NCBI RefSeq assembly: GCF_009914755.1
Contig: NC_060937.1
Strand: one strand, 5' to 3'
DNA from: the human T2T-CHM13v2.0 reference genome, Homo sapiens
DNA: 64,000 nt
Below the pieces are notes generated by a model, which saw nothing but the letters and a program-made list of their open reading frames with translations, had not been told where the DNA came from and searched no databases. Positions 14,769 to 27,816 of this stretch are shown here, piece after piece (the stretch's first letter is position 1; the number at the start of each line of letters is the position of its first letter). The position numbers and the translations under genes are program-made.

Positions 14769-16279
14769 AGTTTGCTGCTGTTGTTAGAAAATTTAATGAG
14801 AGGAAACCCTGGCTGAACAGAGAAACTCTTTTTTTCAATAAACATGATCCTGATTTGTAAACAGTGTGAATTCTCCTGGGAAAAATCATCCACTGATGGA
14901 AAATTGACAGCCCTTCCCTCTCTCTTTCCTTTGCTCCCCTCCCTTTCTTTTTATCTACCCTCCTTTATGTACAGGAATAATTTATTTTCTCTTTTGAAAT
15001 CCTTTCCATTAATGAGAAATCCCTCAGGAAGGACCAAGCATCTACGCAGGAGGCTGTAGTCAGTTGTGAGAATTTTAAGTACTTGGTGGTTTAAGCTTTC
15101 ACCTCATCTACATTTGTAATAAACCACTCTGAGAAATATCTTTTGTTATATGCAGTGATTCTCACTTGCGGAGGGGGATGAATGAGGAGGAGGTGAGAAA
15201 TGTGTGCAAAATGAGGAGGTGCGAACCTGTGTGTGGCAGATGAGTTCCCCAGAGATTTGTGTAGGTGACTGCCTACCATCTTCCTAATCTTCAGAAGGAC
15301 TGATGGACTTTTCCCCCCTTCCTTGAATAGCCAGAAGAAACTTTTTTTTTATTTACAGTGATGAAAACAAATGCCTGAACAGGGCAGTTTTCATCTATAG
15401 AAGATTCTCATTTATCCTGTGGATTTTCTATGGCCTAGTTTCAATTCTATAAAGGTCTCTACTAATGCTTTATAAATTTCAGGCTCACTTTGCCCTCATG
15501 AGTCAGTGACCACTCAGGAAATACTACATTTAGTACCAGATTAAGCAAACTATAAAGAGAGATAAATCAGCGGGAAAAATCATGCTGCATACAAAAGACA
15601 AGGAGAAATGTTTTGGGCTGTATCTCATAGCCTGGATTATCAACATCACTATTTTCCAACAAAACAATGCCTTAGAGGCATTGTAATACTTTCTGAAACT
15701 TCTACTTGTATCTCAGATTCAGAGAAATGGGTTCAGCCATTTTGAAAGTATTGTACAATTAATTATGTAATTCATACATGATTCAAGAGAAATCTCTTCT
15801 TCTCCTATCTGATAGCCATCTTTAAGTCATTTCACAAGTCATTAGCAACCCTATGGGTCAATGGGAAAGAAATAGAAGGAAGATAAAGGACAGTTCAGTT
15901 TGTTGCTTACTAGAGCCCTGATAGAATTCTGGTAAATGCAAGACTAGAGAAGAAAACAGAGTAAAATAAGGTTTCCCAGCATTCTACCTTGGAATTTCAA
16001 TTATTTATGTGCTTCTTGGCTTCCACCACTATGAATAATCAAGAGCTAGCCAATATGAAGGCAGCTATGAAAATAAGTACATTTTCAGGGAACAAAAGAA
16101 ATCAGGGTGGAACTAAAGGAAAGGATGAATGAGCCCAATTTTTCAAATCTAGAAATTGTAGTGAAAGAAATTTAATTTGCTTTGACCTCCTATAACATTT
16201 ATACTTGTACCAACGATTTTGCACTTAGCACACACTGACTTGTGCCATTATTATTGTTAGTAATAACAATAGTAATGGG

Positions 16280-16490
16280 TATTAACTGATCTTTTACTAA
16301 GTTCTAGACTATCCAAAGCACCTTGCAAACAAGGTTTCCAATCCTTTCAGCAACCTCCAAGATAAGTATTATCATTCGCATTTTACTGAGAAGGAATCCA
16401 AGGCTCAAGGGTAAATAACCTGCTCAGGGCCACAAAGTCTGCTGGGCCAGTAAGGGTCGAACCTAAGACTGGCTGACCCCAAACCCACTC
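16280..16490. mobile_element. MIR SINE
   Basis: MIR core: cattttactgagaaggaatccaaggctcaagggtaaataacctgctcagggccaca. Confidence 0.75.
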
Positions 16491-18119
16491 CACACAGTTT
16501 TGCCAACATCTGATAGAACCATTTGCAGGTCTCACTCTCTTTCTTAGTAAGACTGTAAGCATCCACTGGAGAGTGGAAGTGGAATTTCTAGTGGGACAAG
16601 ACCTGGAATTTCCATATTTCTACATCACTGATTTCCAGTGGAGTACTTAGTGAGTCTCCATTGTATCAGGAGATTTTTGTTTGTTTTCATGTCATTTTTT
16701 TATTTCCACAGAAGGGCTAGCTGCAGCAAGGCAGTTACTGTGTGGAGAGATAGTAATGTTTTTGCTACCAACAGTATAGGCTGGGTCAGCTAACACGGTA
16801 TTTAAAAAAATGTATTGCAACCCTGTCTTAGCACTTACAAATGGGTGGTATACATACACACCTATCCCAGGGAGCCCCACAAACCTGAAATATTTGAGGC
16901 AAATAGTGGTTACTTATAGGTCACCAATGGGAGCAGACACAGGGGTGTAAACTGTATCACCCCAAGTGGTTACTATTACCGCCAATATGATGACGATGGT
17001 CAGGGTGTCTTCTTCCACTCTAAAGACAGATTTACCAGTAGAAGAGGCATTGCAACCTGTCATTACAAAGGGAAGTTCAATCCCACCAGCTTGAAAAGCA
17101 GGGGTCACTTTGAGCCTCCTTTTAGAATAAAGGAAAATGCTAACCTATCAGGATATCTAATGTCAAAAGAAAAACAGTGTAGTTCCTTGCTGGATTACTC
17201 TGCCTCAATAATTTAGAACAAGTGAGTAGCTCTAAAGAAAGGATTGAAATTGTGTCTTTGCTTATGAAAAATTACTAAAAATCATTTGCATATCCCTGTT
17301 AATCCATTCAATGGTACTTAATCAGCACACAACAGAGACTTCAGCACAAATGCTGCTATCTTCTGAGGCAGCCACAGCTTGCACAAGGGTCAAAACTGAA
17401 CTCAAAGAAATGTAAATTTACCCTTTCTATCCAAAGAAAGATGTATTTGACTCACTGATAAATGAAATGTGAGCTGTTTCTCACAAACTACACATATAAT
17501 CTTAAAAATCTTTTGGAAACCATCCAACAGACAAAATCAGCTACTCTAGAAAGAATTTCTTCCAAAAATTGTTAAAAATTATAAATGCACTATCAGTCAA
17601 TTTGGGCAATATTACATACCCCTCCAATATTATTCAAGAAACAAATAGAGATAAAAAAGAAATTCTTCAATTCCCAAAATTTTATAGTGCCTTTTTGGCT
17701 TAATTTTTAGTAGACAAAAGAGCAAACTCTCCCTTTTTAATAGATAAAGGGTTGTGCTTCAGCCTACAGCTCTCCTGTCCTGCTCTAGCCACATCAAGGG
17801 ATTCCTAAGTGACCTTGGCTAAAGCAGTTAACCTTCCTGCATTTTAGTGTGGCCAACTGTGAAATAAGAAAGATAATGACAACAAAAATAATAGGGCTCA
17901 GCATCTATATACCTCACTGAAGTGTTCTTACGAATTAATCATACTGAGCTTTGAAAGTGGTTTTATGCTCTAAAAGCATTTGACAACAGTTAGCAAATTC
18001 CCACATTAATGTACTATATATGGTCCATAGGATTATGTCAGAGACTTTGCACGATACAGTGCATTCAGGTTATTTTGTGGACAAGACTTTAGGTGACATT
18101 AAAAGAAATATGTTCTCTA

Positions 18120-18306
18120 GGCCGGGTGCGGTGGCTCACGCCTGTAATCCCAGCACTTTGGGAGGCTGAGGTTCACACCTGTAATCCCAGCACTTTGGGA
18201 GGCCGAGATGGGTGGAGCACCTGAGGTCCGGAGTTTCAGACCAGCCTGACCAACAGGGAGAAACCCTATCTCTGCTAAAAATATAAAATTAGCCGGGCAT
18301 GGTGGT
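18120..18306 (+). mobile_element. Partial Alu (AluSp-like) with duplicated 5' segment and missing right arm
   Basis: cctgtaatcccagcactttgggaggc occurs twice; ctgaccaacagggagaaaccc; homology stops at gggcatggtgg with no tail. Confidence 0.92.
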
Positions 18307-18373
18307 TCTCTAATTGCTTTTGCTATTTACCCCAGGGAGGAACAAGAAAGTTAATTTTAAAAATTGCATCCAG

Positions 18374-18727
18374 TGCTATGGTCTGAATGTTGATGTCCCC
18401 CCAAAATTTATATGTTGAAACCTAACACCCAATAAGATGGTATTAAGAAGTGGGGCCTTTGGGAGATGATTAGGTCATAAGGGCCCCACCTTCATGAACG
18501 GGATTAATGCCCTTATAAAAGAGGCTCCAGGGAGCATATTACCCGCATGTAAGGGCACAGTGAGAAGGCACCATCTGCAAGGAAATAACCTTCACTAGAC
18601 ACAGAACCTGCTGGCACCTTGATCTGGGAATTCCCAGCCTCCAGAACTGTCAGAAGTAAATGTTTGTTGTTTATAAGCCACCCAGTTTAAGATATTTTTG
18701 TTATAGCAATCCAAATGGACTAAGACA
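18374..18727 (+). mobile_element. MaLR solo LTR (MLT1A/MST type)
   Basis: tgctatggtctgaatgtt...ggattaatgcccttataaaagagg...gactaagaca; TSD tccag/tctag. Confidence 0.9.
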
Positions 18728-19944
18728 TCTAGTTTAGTAAGAATTATAAAAGTATCTAAGTAAAAGGTCAGGCCTTGACAGTTTAAATGTGAGCTCTGCG
18801 AACAGGTGATGGATAGCTTGTGAAGTGAGGTGACTCTCCCTTTTACCCCAGCAGTCTGTTCCTTTTCCATTCCTGTCCTTTACAAGGGCCTCCTCCCTTA
18901 CTCTCCACTGAATCACATCCTTCTCTCCTATCAAAAATGCAACTTCTAAGGCAGACTTTTCTGATTAGACACACTCTCCTCACCACGTGAAGAAATTCTT
19001 ACTACCAAATGAAGCTATAATTGTGTTTAATTGGATCATGTAATGCATAATTATTAATCATTATAATGTATTTTATAATCAGCGCCTAGTAGCCAGGCTC
19101 AGGACTCCCCTTCCTGAAAACATGAAGCAAAGTACATCGCTCTTCAGTTCTATGGTCACCCAATGAATGGTGCTAATTAGATTTAAAACATCTTTAGATA
19201 TTTATCATAGATAGCATAAGACGTCAAAAATCAATTGTTATCAATACATCAATAACCACCTCTTGGATTCAACCATGGGACTTTGCAGATACAGCTTTAG
19301 ATTCTATCTCCTTCATCATGAACTCAGAGGGTGTGGACATAAATGCCCCAATAGAAAACCGTCTGCTTTATGTGGCTCCTTTCCTTCATCTGTTGGCTTT
19401 CCCGCTTTACTCCACCTCACAAATGATCTGAACAATATCATTTAAGGACTCCCATCTCTCCTGTTTTACATAAGATCTACCAGCAAAATGTTCAGTCCTG
19501 ACATGTTCTTTGACACACAGTTTTGTGGCATCTCATTAAGTAGTTGTGTTTGATGTCCACATCAAAACTGGTGTGCAAGTCACTGAACAATGGTATGAGA
19601 ACCTAAATACTGACCGTACTGGGAGGTCTAGGAACCTTGAGGAATTGTTTTGCACAGCTGATACTTTCTTCTTTTTCTAGAGTGAAAGAATCTCTTTGCT
19701 GGAGCACGAACCTGGAAGTCAGGGGGCCCAGGTTCCAGTCCCAGCACTGTTCCTGATCAGGAGTGCTTCCTTGGACAAGGTCTATCAGTTGTCTACACCA
19801 ATGCTTCATCAAAAGGGTTAGTCTTGATCATCTCTCAGCTCCTTCTTAATCTTAAAATATATAGAAAATAATATGATTCCGTGGCTTTTCATACACATGT
19901 CTGTGTTAAAGGTATATCAAAGGAATGGAGAAGTATGCTGCGGC

Positions 19945-20249
19945 TTTTTTTTTTTGGAGGGGAGCGGGGGATAGGGTCTCGCTCTGTTACCCAGGCTGGA
20001 GTGCAGGGGCGTGATCTCGGCTCACTGCAACTTCCACCTCCCAGGCTCAAGGGATCCTCACCTCAGCCTTCCAAATAGCTGGGACTACAGGCACGCACCA
20101 CCATGCCCGGCTAATTTTTGTATTTTTAGTAGAGACGACGTGTTTCACTATGTTGCCCAGCCCAGTCTCGAACTCCTGAGCACAAGCGATCCATCCGCCT
20201 CAGCCTCCCAAAGTGCTGGGATTACAGATGTGAGTCACCATGCCTGGCC
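19945..20249 (-). mobile_element. Alu (AluJ-type)
   Basis: gggtctcgctctgttacccaggctggagtgc...cccaaagtgctgggattacag. Confidence 0.96.
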
Positions 20250-20574
20250 TGGCTTTTTGAATTTGAATTTACTATACAACTTTTGGATTTACTACTCAAT
20301 TTCTAAAGGGCTGGAGTAAAGTTTAGACCTCTGTTTAAAGATCCACAAAACTAACAGTCCCCATAAACAAGAAAAGGTAACAGATGAAATTAAAAGCAAG
20401 CACCAATTCAAATCAAATCCAAACTGCTATTCTTTTGCCTACAGTTGGAAACCTGGAGACAACAAGTAATAACAGATTAAACAAACAAACAAACAAAAAA
20501 AAACAGGAAAAGTCACAGAATTAAGAAGATCCTATACAGAACTTCTGCTTCTCTTCTTCCTCTTCACTGAGTGC

Positions 20575-20675
20575 AAAACACGCAGGAATTGCTTGGATTC
20601 TAAAACACGGAATTCCGAAACACAAGAATTCCAAAACATGCAGGAATTGCAGGAATTTCTTATGCAGGAATCTCT
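20575..20675. repeat. Degenerate 16-18-bp tandem repeat (aaaca...ggaatt)
   Basis: aaaacacgcaggaattgc, taaaacacggaattcc, gaaacacaagaattcc, aaaacatgcaggaattgc, aggaatttc, tgcaggaatc. Confidence 0.8.
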
Positions 20676-22090
20676 CTCTTAGAGACAATAGAGCCACAAT
20701 ACAAGTGCAAACCAAGAGGGAGGTAAGTCTCTAAAAGCCTGATAGGGGAACAAAGCAGGGTAGATAAAAATCATAGTCTCTAAGTGGGTGCATGGATAAA
20801 TCAGCCTTAGAGGACACCCAAAAGAGAACAGTCCTGGTTTAGCCACCGGTAGGCTCGCTCTCAGGTACAGCAGTCTCTGTGTTAACTCCATCTCCACTCT
20901 GGAAAAAATCATGCTGGATGCAATGAATGCAGGTTTGCTGGAGTCTTTAGGAAAAAGATAGGGCTACAGTAAGTCAGTAGCTACTAATGCTACATCTGTG
21001 GCCATGTAATCAGCTGTACTGCTAAGCATCTGCCACAAAATTGCCACTATGACATGTGAACTGGTAACACCACAATTAGAACAATAACATCGCAAAGTCT
21101 AAAGGAAGCTTTAATTATTCATTTAATTTGAAAAGTAAAGCTGGAGGGGACAGTTGCTAAGGACACAGTTTTTCTTTACTCATTGCTACTTATTTGGCTT
21201 TGGGATTTTTCTATTCTTAATGTCACTCTCTTCCCATTTAATGAACCCTGATTTTCCTGGAAGTCCTATAGAAACGAGCAGTATTAAATCCAAGTACTTC
21301 CGATTATTTCAAGCATGTGGGCAAAACATTAGCTCTCTGCAACAGATGACCAACTCAAACTCCACTGGAATGAGGGTCACTCTGCTATTTAATGCACTCA
21401 AATGGTGTAATTAAAATAAAGATAGTGACTGCAAAGTGCCTCTAAGTTTAGACAACAAAGATTTGTGAGTCTACCATGGCACATATACACTACTCCAAGA
21501 CTTTATAGTATAGAAAACGAGAAACGTATTTGCAAGAAGTACAAGGCAAAATGTGAAGCAATGATGCCACATAAGGTTTACAAATTTGGAGCCATTTACA
21601 AGGAGGAGGAAGGGGTAACTTATGATTGGGGATCAAAGAAGGACTCATGGCAGAAGTGACATGTGAAGTAATTCCTAGTCTGGGCCATGAGGGAAAATAG
21701 CATTTCTGACAGCTGGGTTCGCGTAAGGGATAACTCAGAGGCAAGAAAGAGCGGAGGGAGCTTCAAAGATGGGGAATGGTTGCAACTAGCTGAAGCAGCA
21801 GAGAGAAGGCCTGAAAGAGAGTGGAAAATAGGTTTTAGAGGGCTCTGAAGGCCTGCCTCAAGAGTCTACATTTTATTTGGAAGCCAAGAGATAAACCAAC
21901 AGTTTTTAATTAGAAAGCCATAAATTCACGATGGTTCTTTCAAGATTATCTTTCTGATGAGGATGTGCAAGATTAAATTCAAGGGAAATACCTGGAGTTC
22001 ACTTGGGAAGCCACAATTAAATCCTCGGAAGGACTCGGTAAGGACATGGAGTGGGGACAAGGGGAAAGGAGATAATCTCTCCTTCTAAAG

Positions 22091-22265
22091 TAGGGCTGTC
22101 CAATACAAATTTCTGCAATGTGAGCCACCAGCCACATGCAGCTACTAAGCACTTGAAGTATGGCTAGTTCAACAGAGAAAGTAAATTTTTAATTTTATTT
22201 AACTTTGATTAATTTTAATTTAAATAGCTACATGTGGTTAGTTACTACTATATTGGACATACAGT
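22091..22265. mobile_element. MER3-like hAT-Charlie MITE
   Basis: gctgtccaata ... tattggaca inverted ends; agccacatg and tacatgtggttag internal motifs. Confidence 0.85.
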
Positions 22266-23048
22266 TCTCAAGTAAAAAATATGTACAGGTAAGAAGTCAA
22301 GAAAATCAGGCAAAATGACATTAAAGATGTTTAAACAAGAGATGGCAGAAATTTACATTACTTTTGATAGTTTCTCAAAATGTTTGGCATGAGCCAAGGG
22401 CCTCTTAAAATACATTAAGCTGTGACCTTCTGGCAGATGGGAACGGTTTTCATTCATCTTTCTATCTCCTTATCTCTAGTACAGTGCCAAGCGCTATAAG
22501 TACTCAATACTGTGAATGACTAAATGAATGAGTTAATGAATGAGTACATTGTGAATATGAAGTCTAGAACTCACCATTAAAGAATTACTGATTTAGGGAA
22601 ATCTGTTTGTAGGTGAAGATAGCAATTGTGGGCTGTCTCCATAATGTCATTCCCTGAGTGACCCCAAAATAAAAACTCTAGAGCATATGAACTAAACAGG
22701 CTGAATGATTAGCATTCACTTTCTTAGTAAAATAGGTAATGTTATTTTTGTTCAAGAGCATTAAAATAGCCAAAAGAATTTATACGAATGCTGGAACCTT
22801 AACATCAACATACATTTATAGTTAAATGCTTTTAGAAATCAATTTTCTGATTATAAAAGGAATACATATTTCTTGTAGAGACTTTGGAATGTATTCAAAT
22901 AAAAGAGCAAATAAAAATTACCTACAGTTTTTAAATCAAAGACATTCATTGTTATTGTGTTTCCTTTATGCCTTTTTTCCTGTGTGTATAATATACATAT
23001 TTTTTCCAAAAAAAGGTAAATTTTTATATTATAAGCAATGTCAATATT

Positions 23049-23376
23049 CTTTTTTATTTTTATTTATTTATTTATTTTGAGATGGAGTTTCACTCCTGTC
23101 GCCCAGGCTGGAGTGCAATGACATGATCTCAGCTCACTGCAACCTCCGCTTACCTCAACCTCTGCCTCCTGGGTTCAAGTGATTCTCCTGCCTCAGCCTC
23201 CCGAGTAGCTGGGATTACAGGCATGCACCACCACGTCCAGCTAATTTTGTATTTTTAGTAGAGATGGAGTTTCTCTATGCTGGTCAGGCTTGTCTTGAAT
23301 TCCCGACCTCAGGTGATCCTCCCACCTCGGCCTCCCAAAGTGCTGGGATTATAGGTGTGAGCCACTGCGCCCGGCC
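23049..23376 (-). mobile_element. Alu (AluSp-like)
   Basis: Full Alu; TSD tcaatattct at 23041 and 23377. Confidence 0.97.
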
Positions 23377-23573
23377 TCAATATTCTTCTAAAACAATTTT
23401 AATAGCTGTATAATGTTCCATCATGTGAATATGCCCTAATTTCTATAACCATACTCCTGCTGTTGGTCATTCAGGTTCATGCCAATCTTCTAGAATGCCA
23501 TTTGGTGATTTATATTAAGAAACTTAAAATACTTATAGCATTGACCTAGGATCTCACTTTTAGGAACATATTA

Positions 23574-23798
<225 letters not shown>

Positions 23799-24659
23799 CT
23801 AAAAGGCTTTAACATCAAATAATAAAAGAATCATAAATTATGTCACGTGAATTTTATAACACATGTAAAAGTTGTTTATGAAAAAATTGAAATGAGATAG
23901 GAAATACTTATAAAACAAAAACACACAGAACCAACTTACACAGATAGGATAATCACCACTTTTTAAGACAAAACCAAAACCTGTTGCATAGAGACAGAGA
24001 ACAAAAGCCTGGGAATGGCAAAATACTAGCAATGGTTGTCCTTGACTAAAAAACTGTAAAGTAATTTTATCTGCTTCTACCCCAGCCTTCCCACATATGA
24101 AATGCTCTATAATAGATGCAATTTTCTGTTAGTGAATCAAGAGTGTCCTGGTTAAGAACACAGGGTGCTCTGACCCTATCATCAATGTCCTCAGGAAAGA
24201 CATCAGGGCTCATGGTGATATCTAAGACCTTCTCTCTTATTGTTTAGGACATCAAGAGACAAGTTTCTCTCTATTTTTATATAGAAAAGCAAACAAGCAT
24301 GATTTCTAAGCAAAGAAACACTTCACAAGAAGTTTGCACACTACATGTTTTCATCCCTCTTCTTAGAAGGTGCAAGGTGACTTAGCTTTAAACCTCAGAC
24401 CATAGTCAAAGAATGTTAATCTCATCAGCTCCCCACTAGAAAGAAAAACATTACATTTCCATGTCAGTCTCAGGCCTCATGTAGGGGAATCTGCCAAGGG
24501 TACCCCATAATACCATTCAAATGTCCTGGGCAGGTGGTGTTCATTTATAGTCATGACCATTGTGCTGAAGCAATTACCCCTGTGAAAAGGCAGGAAGCAC
24601 TGTGAAAGCACACTGGCCTCAAATGCCATCATTACATTTGCAGGACTATTGCTAGTCGC

Positions 24660-24900
24660 AGCTCTTAGCGCTGCCCATAAGGAAGGCACTGTGCTAAGCA
24701 GTTCGTGGCATTTTTTACCATTCATTTCCCCTGTGGTAGATAGGGAAATAATCATTAAGGACTTGTTAATAACCCCATTTCATAAATGGGAGATTGAAGG
24801 ATACAGAAGGTAAGTGGTCTGAGGTCCCTCACTTAAGGAGCATCAGAGATGGGATTCCACCTTGGCAGCCTGACTAGGTACACAGCCTGACTCCTGGCCA
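24660..24900. mobile_element. MIR SINE
   Basis: ccccatttcataaatgggagattgaagg...ggtaagtggtctgaggtc. Confidence 0.6.
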
Positions 24901-26510
24901 CCCCGCTCACTCCCATACAGCCCACCATGCTCATAAACTCTGCTCTGAATGTTATTTATAAAATCAGGTTGGAGTTTATATCCTTATTTTATGCAAACAG
25001 TTTCTAGCTAATGTGCAAAATTATCCTAATCATGTCAAAGTAAAAGGAAAATAATTCACAGAAGCCCCTTTCTATAGCTACAGCTCACAAAACTACAGCT
25101 TCACTAGGGTATTTAACTGGAATTAAGCTCTATAGTCATTTAAGATTTAATTGGAATCAAATGTGCCACACTTACCATACTGACATAGTCACAAGAGAAT
25201 AGAATTGTGCCGTGCCAAAATAAATGTTTCTCTGACTGAGATTATGGGCATTCCTTTTCAAATTAATTAGTTCAGAATTTTCCATTTTTATTAACAGATT
25301 GCTTATACTACCGATCACATGAGCTGGCAGCTGGAAAGTCATTTAACTGTGTGACTGTGAGCTGCCTATACTGCCCCACCACTGCATACGCCAACCTCAG
25401 GCCTTGAGTTAGAACATGAAATGACTGCACCCCACTCTCCCATCTCACTTTCTCCGTGCTCACCACATTCATATCTATAGGTAGAAGGTAGCAAGTGGAA
25501 AACAAGCAAACTTGATCAACTTCCAGGCTTAGGAAAACAGATGTGAACCAAACAGGGAAAAGTCTATTTTCCAAGTACATTCGCTATGTGTTGCTTTGAG
25601 ACCTTGTAACACATTTTATTAACATGAAAATATGCCTCAAATTAATGAATCTATTCAGATTTCAGGGTACTGGTCTTTCAGAACCTCTTTATTAGGCTAT
25701 ATTTGCCATTTATAGCCTCTCTCACGCTGACCGGTTGATTTCATTTAATAGGATTCAGTGAGTCTAGTCAATCATGTATGGAATTTCTCTTATAATTCAT
25801 TTTATGATAATACCTTTCATTTGTATTGTACATTGTAGTTCTCAAATCATTCATTGAGTGATCACAATATTTCAGTTATAGGCATCAAAAGAAATCATGC
25901 CCATTTTAGAGGCTAGCAGTGAAAAGATAAGTTGTGGTACTGCATGGAGCAACTCAGTTGATCCATCTGGATATCTTTCCTTTCAACGACCATACAAGGC
26001 TTTTTTTTTTTTTGTAAGTATATGATCGTGTAATAACTGAAACATTATAGATTCCTAGATTGTATTATTATCTCTCAAAACTGTTGTAGTAAATCAATAT
26101 GTATAATATGCCTACTAAGTGCCAGATACCAACCTTGAAGCTGGGGATATGAGAAGCTTGGGATGTAACTCAATAATTTTTTTTTTTTTTTTTTTTTTTT
26201 GGTAATTCACCAGATTATCCTGCTGCATGGCCAGGGTTGGGACCAGCAGTGTTGTAGAAAGACTTCAGGCTTCAGGAATTCAAGGGCCTGGGCTTAAATC
26301 TGGCTCAACTGCTAGCCAGCTAGGTGACCAAGGCAGTTATTTTACCTCTCTGAGCTTCAGTTTGTCTAGAGTCAAGTGAAATATGGATAAAATAAAATAG
26401 TGGATATAAAGGGTCTGGCACATGGCAGGTATTCTGTCAATGGTAACTCTATGGAAAAGGGAGATTAGAGAAGAAGAAAGAAAAAAGACAGCTCAGCCAA
26501 CTTGATCCCT

Positions 26511-26845
26511 TGCATCTTTGTCTGGGCTGCTGTGACAAAATACCATACCCCGAGTAACTTATAAACAACAGAAATTTATTTAGCACAATTCCAGAGGCTG
26601 GGAAGTCCAACATGAAGGTGGATTTGGTATGTGGTGAGAGCCTGTCTTCTTTTTGTGTTCTCCCATGGTGGAAGGGGTAAGGTAGCTCTTGGAGGCCTCT
26701 TTTATAAGGGAACTAATCCCATTCATAAGGGCTCAACCCTCATGACTTAATCAGCTCTTAAAGGCCCCATCTCCAAATATCATCACCTTCAGAGTAGGAT
26801 TTCTATATATGAATGGAGAGGGGCACAAACATCCAGACGACAGCA
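26511..26845 (-). mobile_element. MaLR solo LTR (MLT1A/MST type)
   Basis: gggctgctgtgacaaaatacca...aaacaacagaaatttatt...cttttataagggaactaatcccattcat...cagca. Confidence 0.88.
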
Positions 26846-27669
26846 CCTTGAGACCATAAGACTAGTTTTATAAAATGTGATGTAACAAGACCCTAAAGAA
26901 GGCTCTTTCAAAACCCAGCACTTACTTCAAAAATGCAGGCATGCAATGACATTTATACTTCCCAAATGCAAAGGACCAGATGTCTGAGTGTCAAAGAAAA
27001 ACATCCCTTCTGGAGAAAACAGGCTGGATAATTCATCAGTAGAGAGATATAAAAGAGCATGCAGCTTCATGAATGGCTAGACCAAAAATACTCACCACAG
27101 GAAGGCAGGAAATCTGTTATTAGTGAAAAGGCTAATTACATCTCATTTTAGAGAATGTTTGCTCTACTGGCCACCACAGGGATCCAGGGGTGGCAGGTGC
27201 CAGAGGCATTTCCAATGACCAACTGGGAGTGAAGTGCTGTCATCATTCTCCATGATACCCAGGGGTATAGCTCAGTCACTAGGAGAGATGACCACAGTAT
27301 TGGCCACATCTCTGATGTGCAGGCTGCAGGTGGCTCCATGAAACCTCTGTACTAAAATCATAACACTCTGCAATCAAAAATGCAGAAGCCTATCCCAGAT
27401 CTAACTGCTGGCTGTAAATTGTGGAGCTAGAAAAACAAAATTGAACTATTACCTTCAGTAAGGAGTATGGATTCAATGATAGATCACTTTGCTCATCATC
27501 TTGAGCAAGTAAACTACACTCAAAATCTACTAATGCGCTTTAAGCCAACCCCCACTTATTACAATCTCCACAATAGGCAGACTGAAGGCATGATGTCAGG
27601 TTTTATGGTAATGCTTAGAAAAAGTGAGTAAAAAATCGGCTATCACAAAGCCACAAGCACTGTACTTAC

Positions 27670-27790
27670 CGGCATTGACTTTGAATACCATGAGGGAAAG
27701 GTCAAGGTGAGAGAGGCATGAAAGAGCTGATTTTATTCTCAATACATGAGCTCAAATTTAATAACTTTGCCATAATTAAGGGAGAGAAAT
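27670..27790 (-). other. Candidate alternative first exon
   Basis: Starts about 25-30 nt after the TATA box and ends at CCG|GTAAGT; repeat-free context; no transcript evidence. Confidence 0.35.
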
Positions 27791-27803
27791 GCAGAGAGAA
27801 CGC

Positions 27804-27816
27804 TCCTATTTATAGG
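27804..27816 (-). promoter_or_regulatory. Candidate composite TATA/MEF2 element (CTATAAATAG)
   Basis: Minus strand ccCTATAAATAGg fits both TATAWAW and MEF2 CTA(A/T)4TAG; lies about 140 nt upstream of a perfect donor. Confidence 0.4.
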
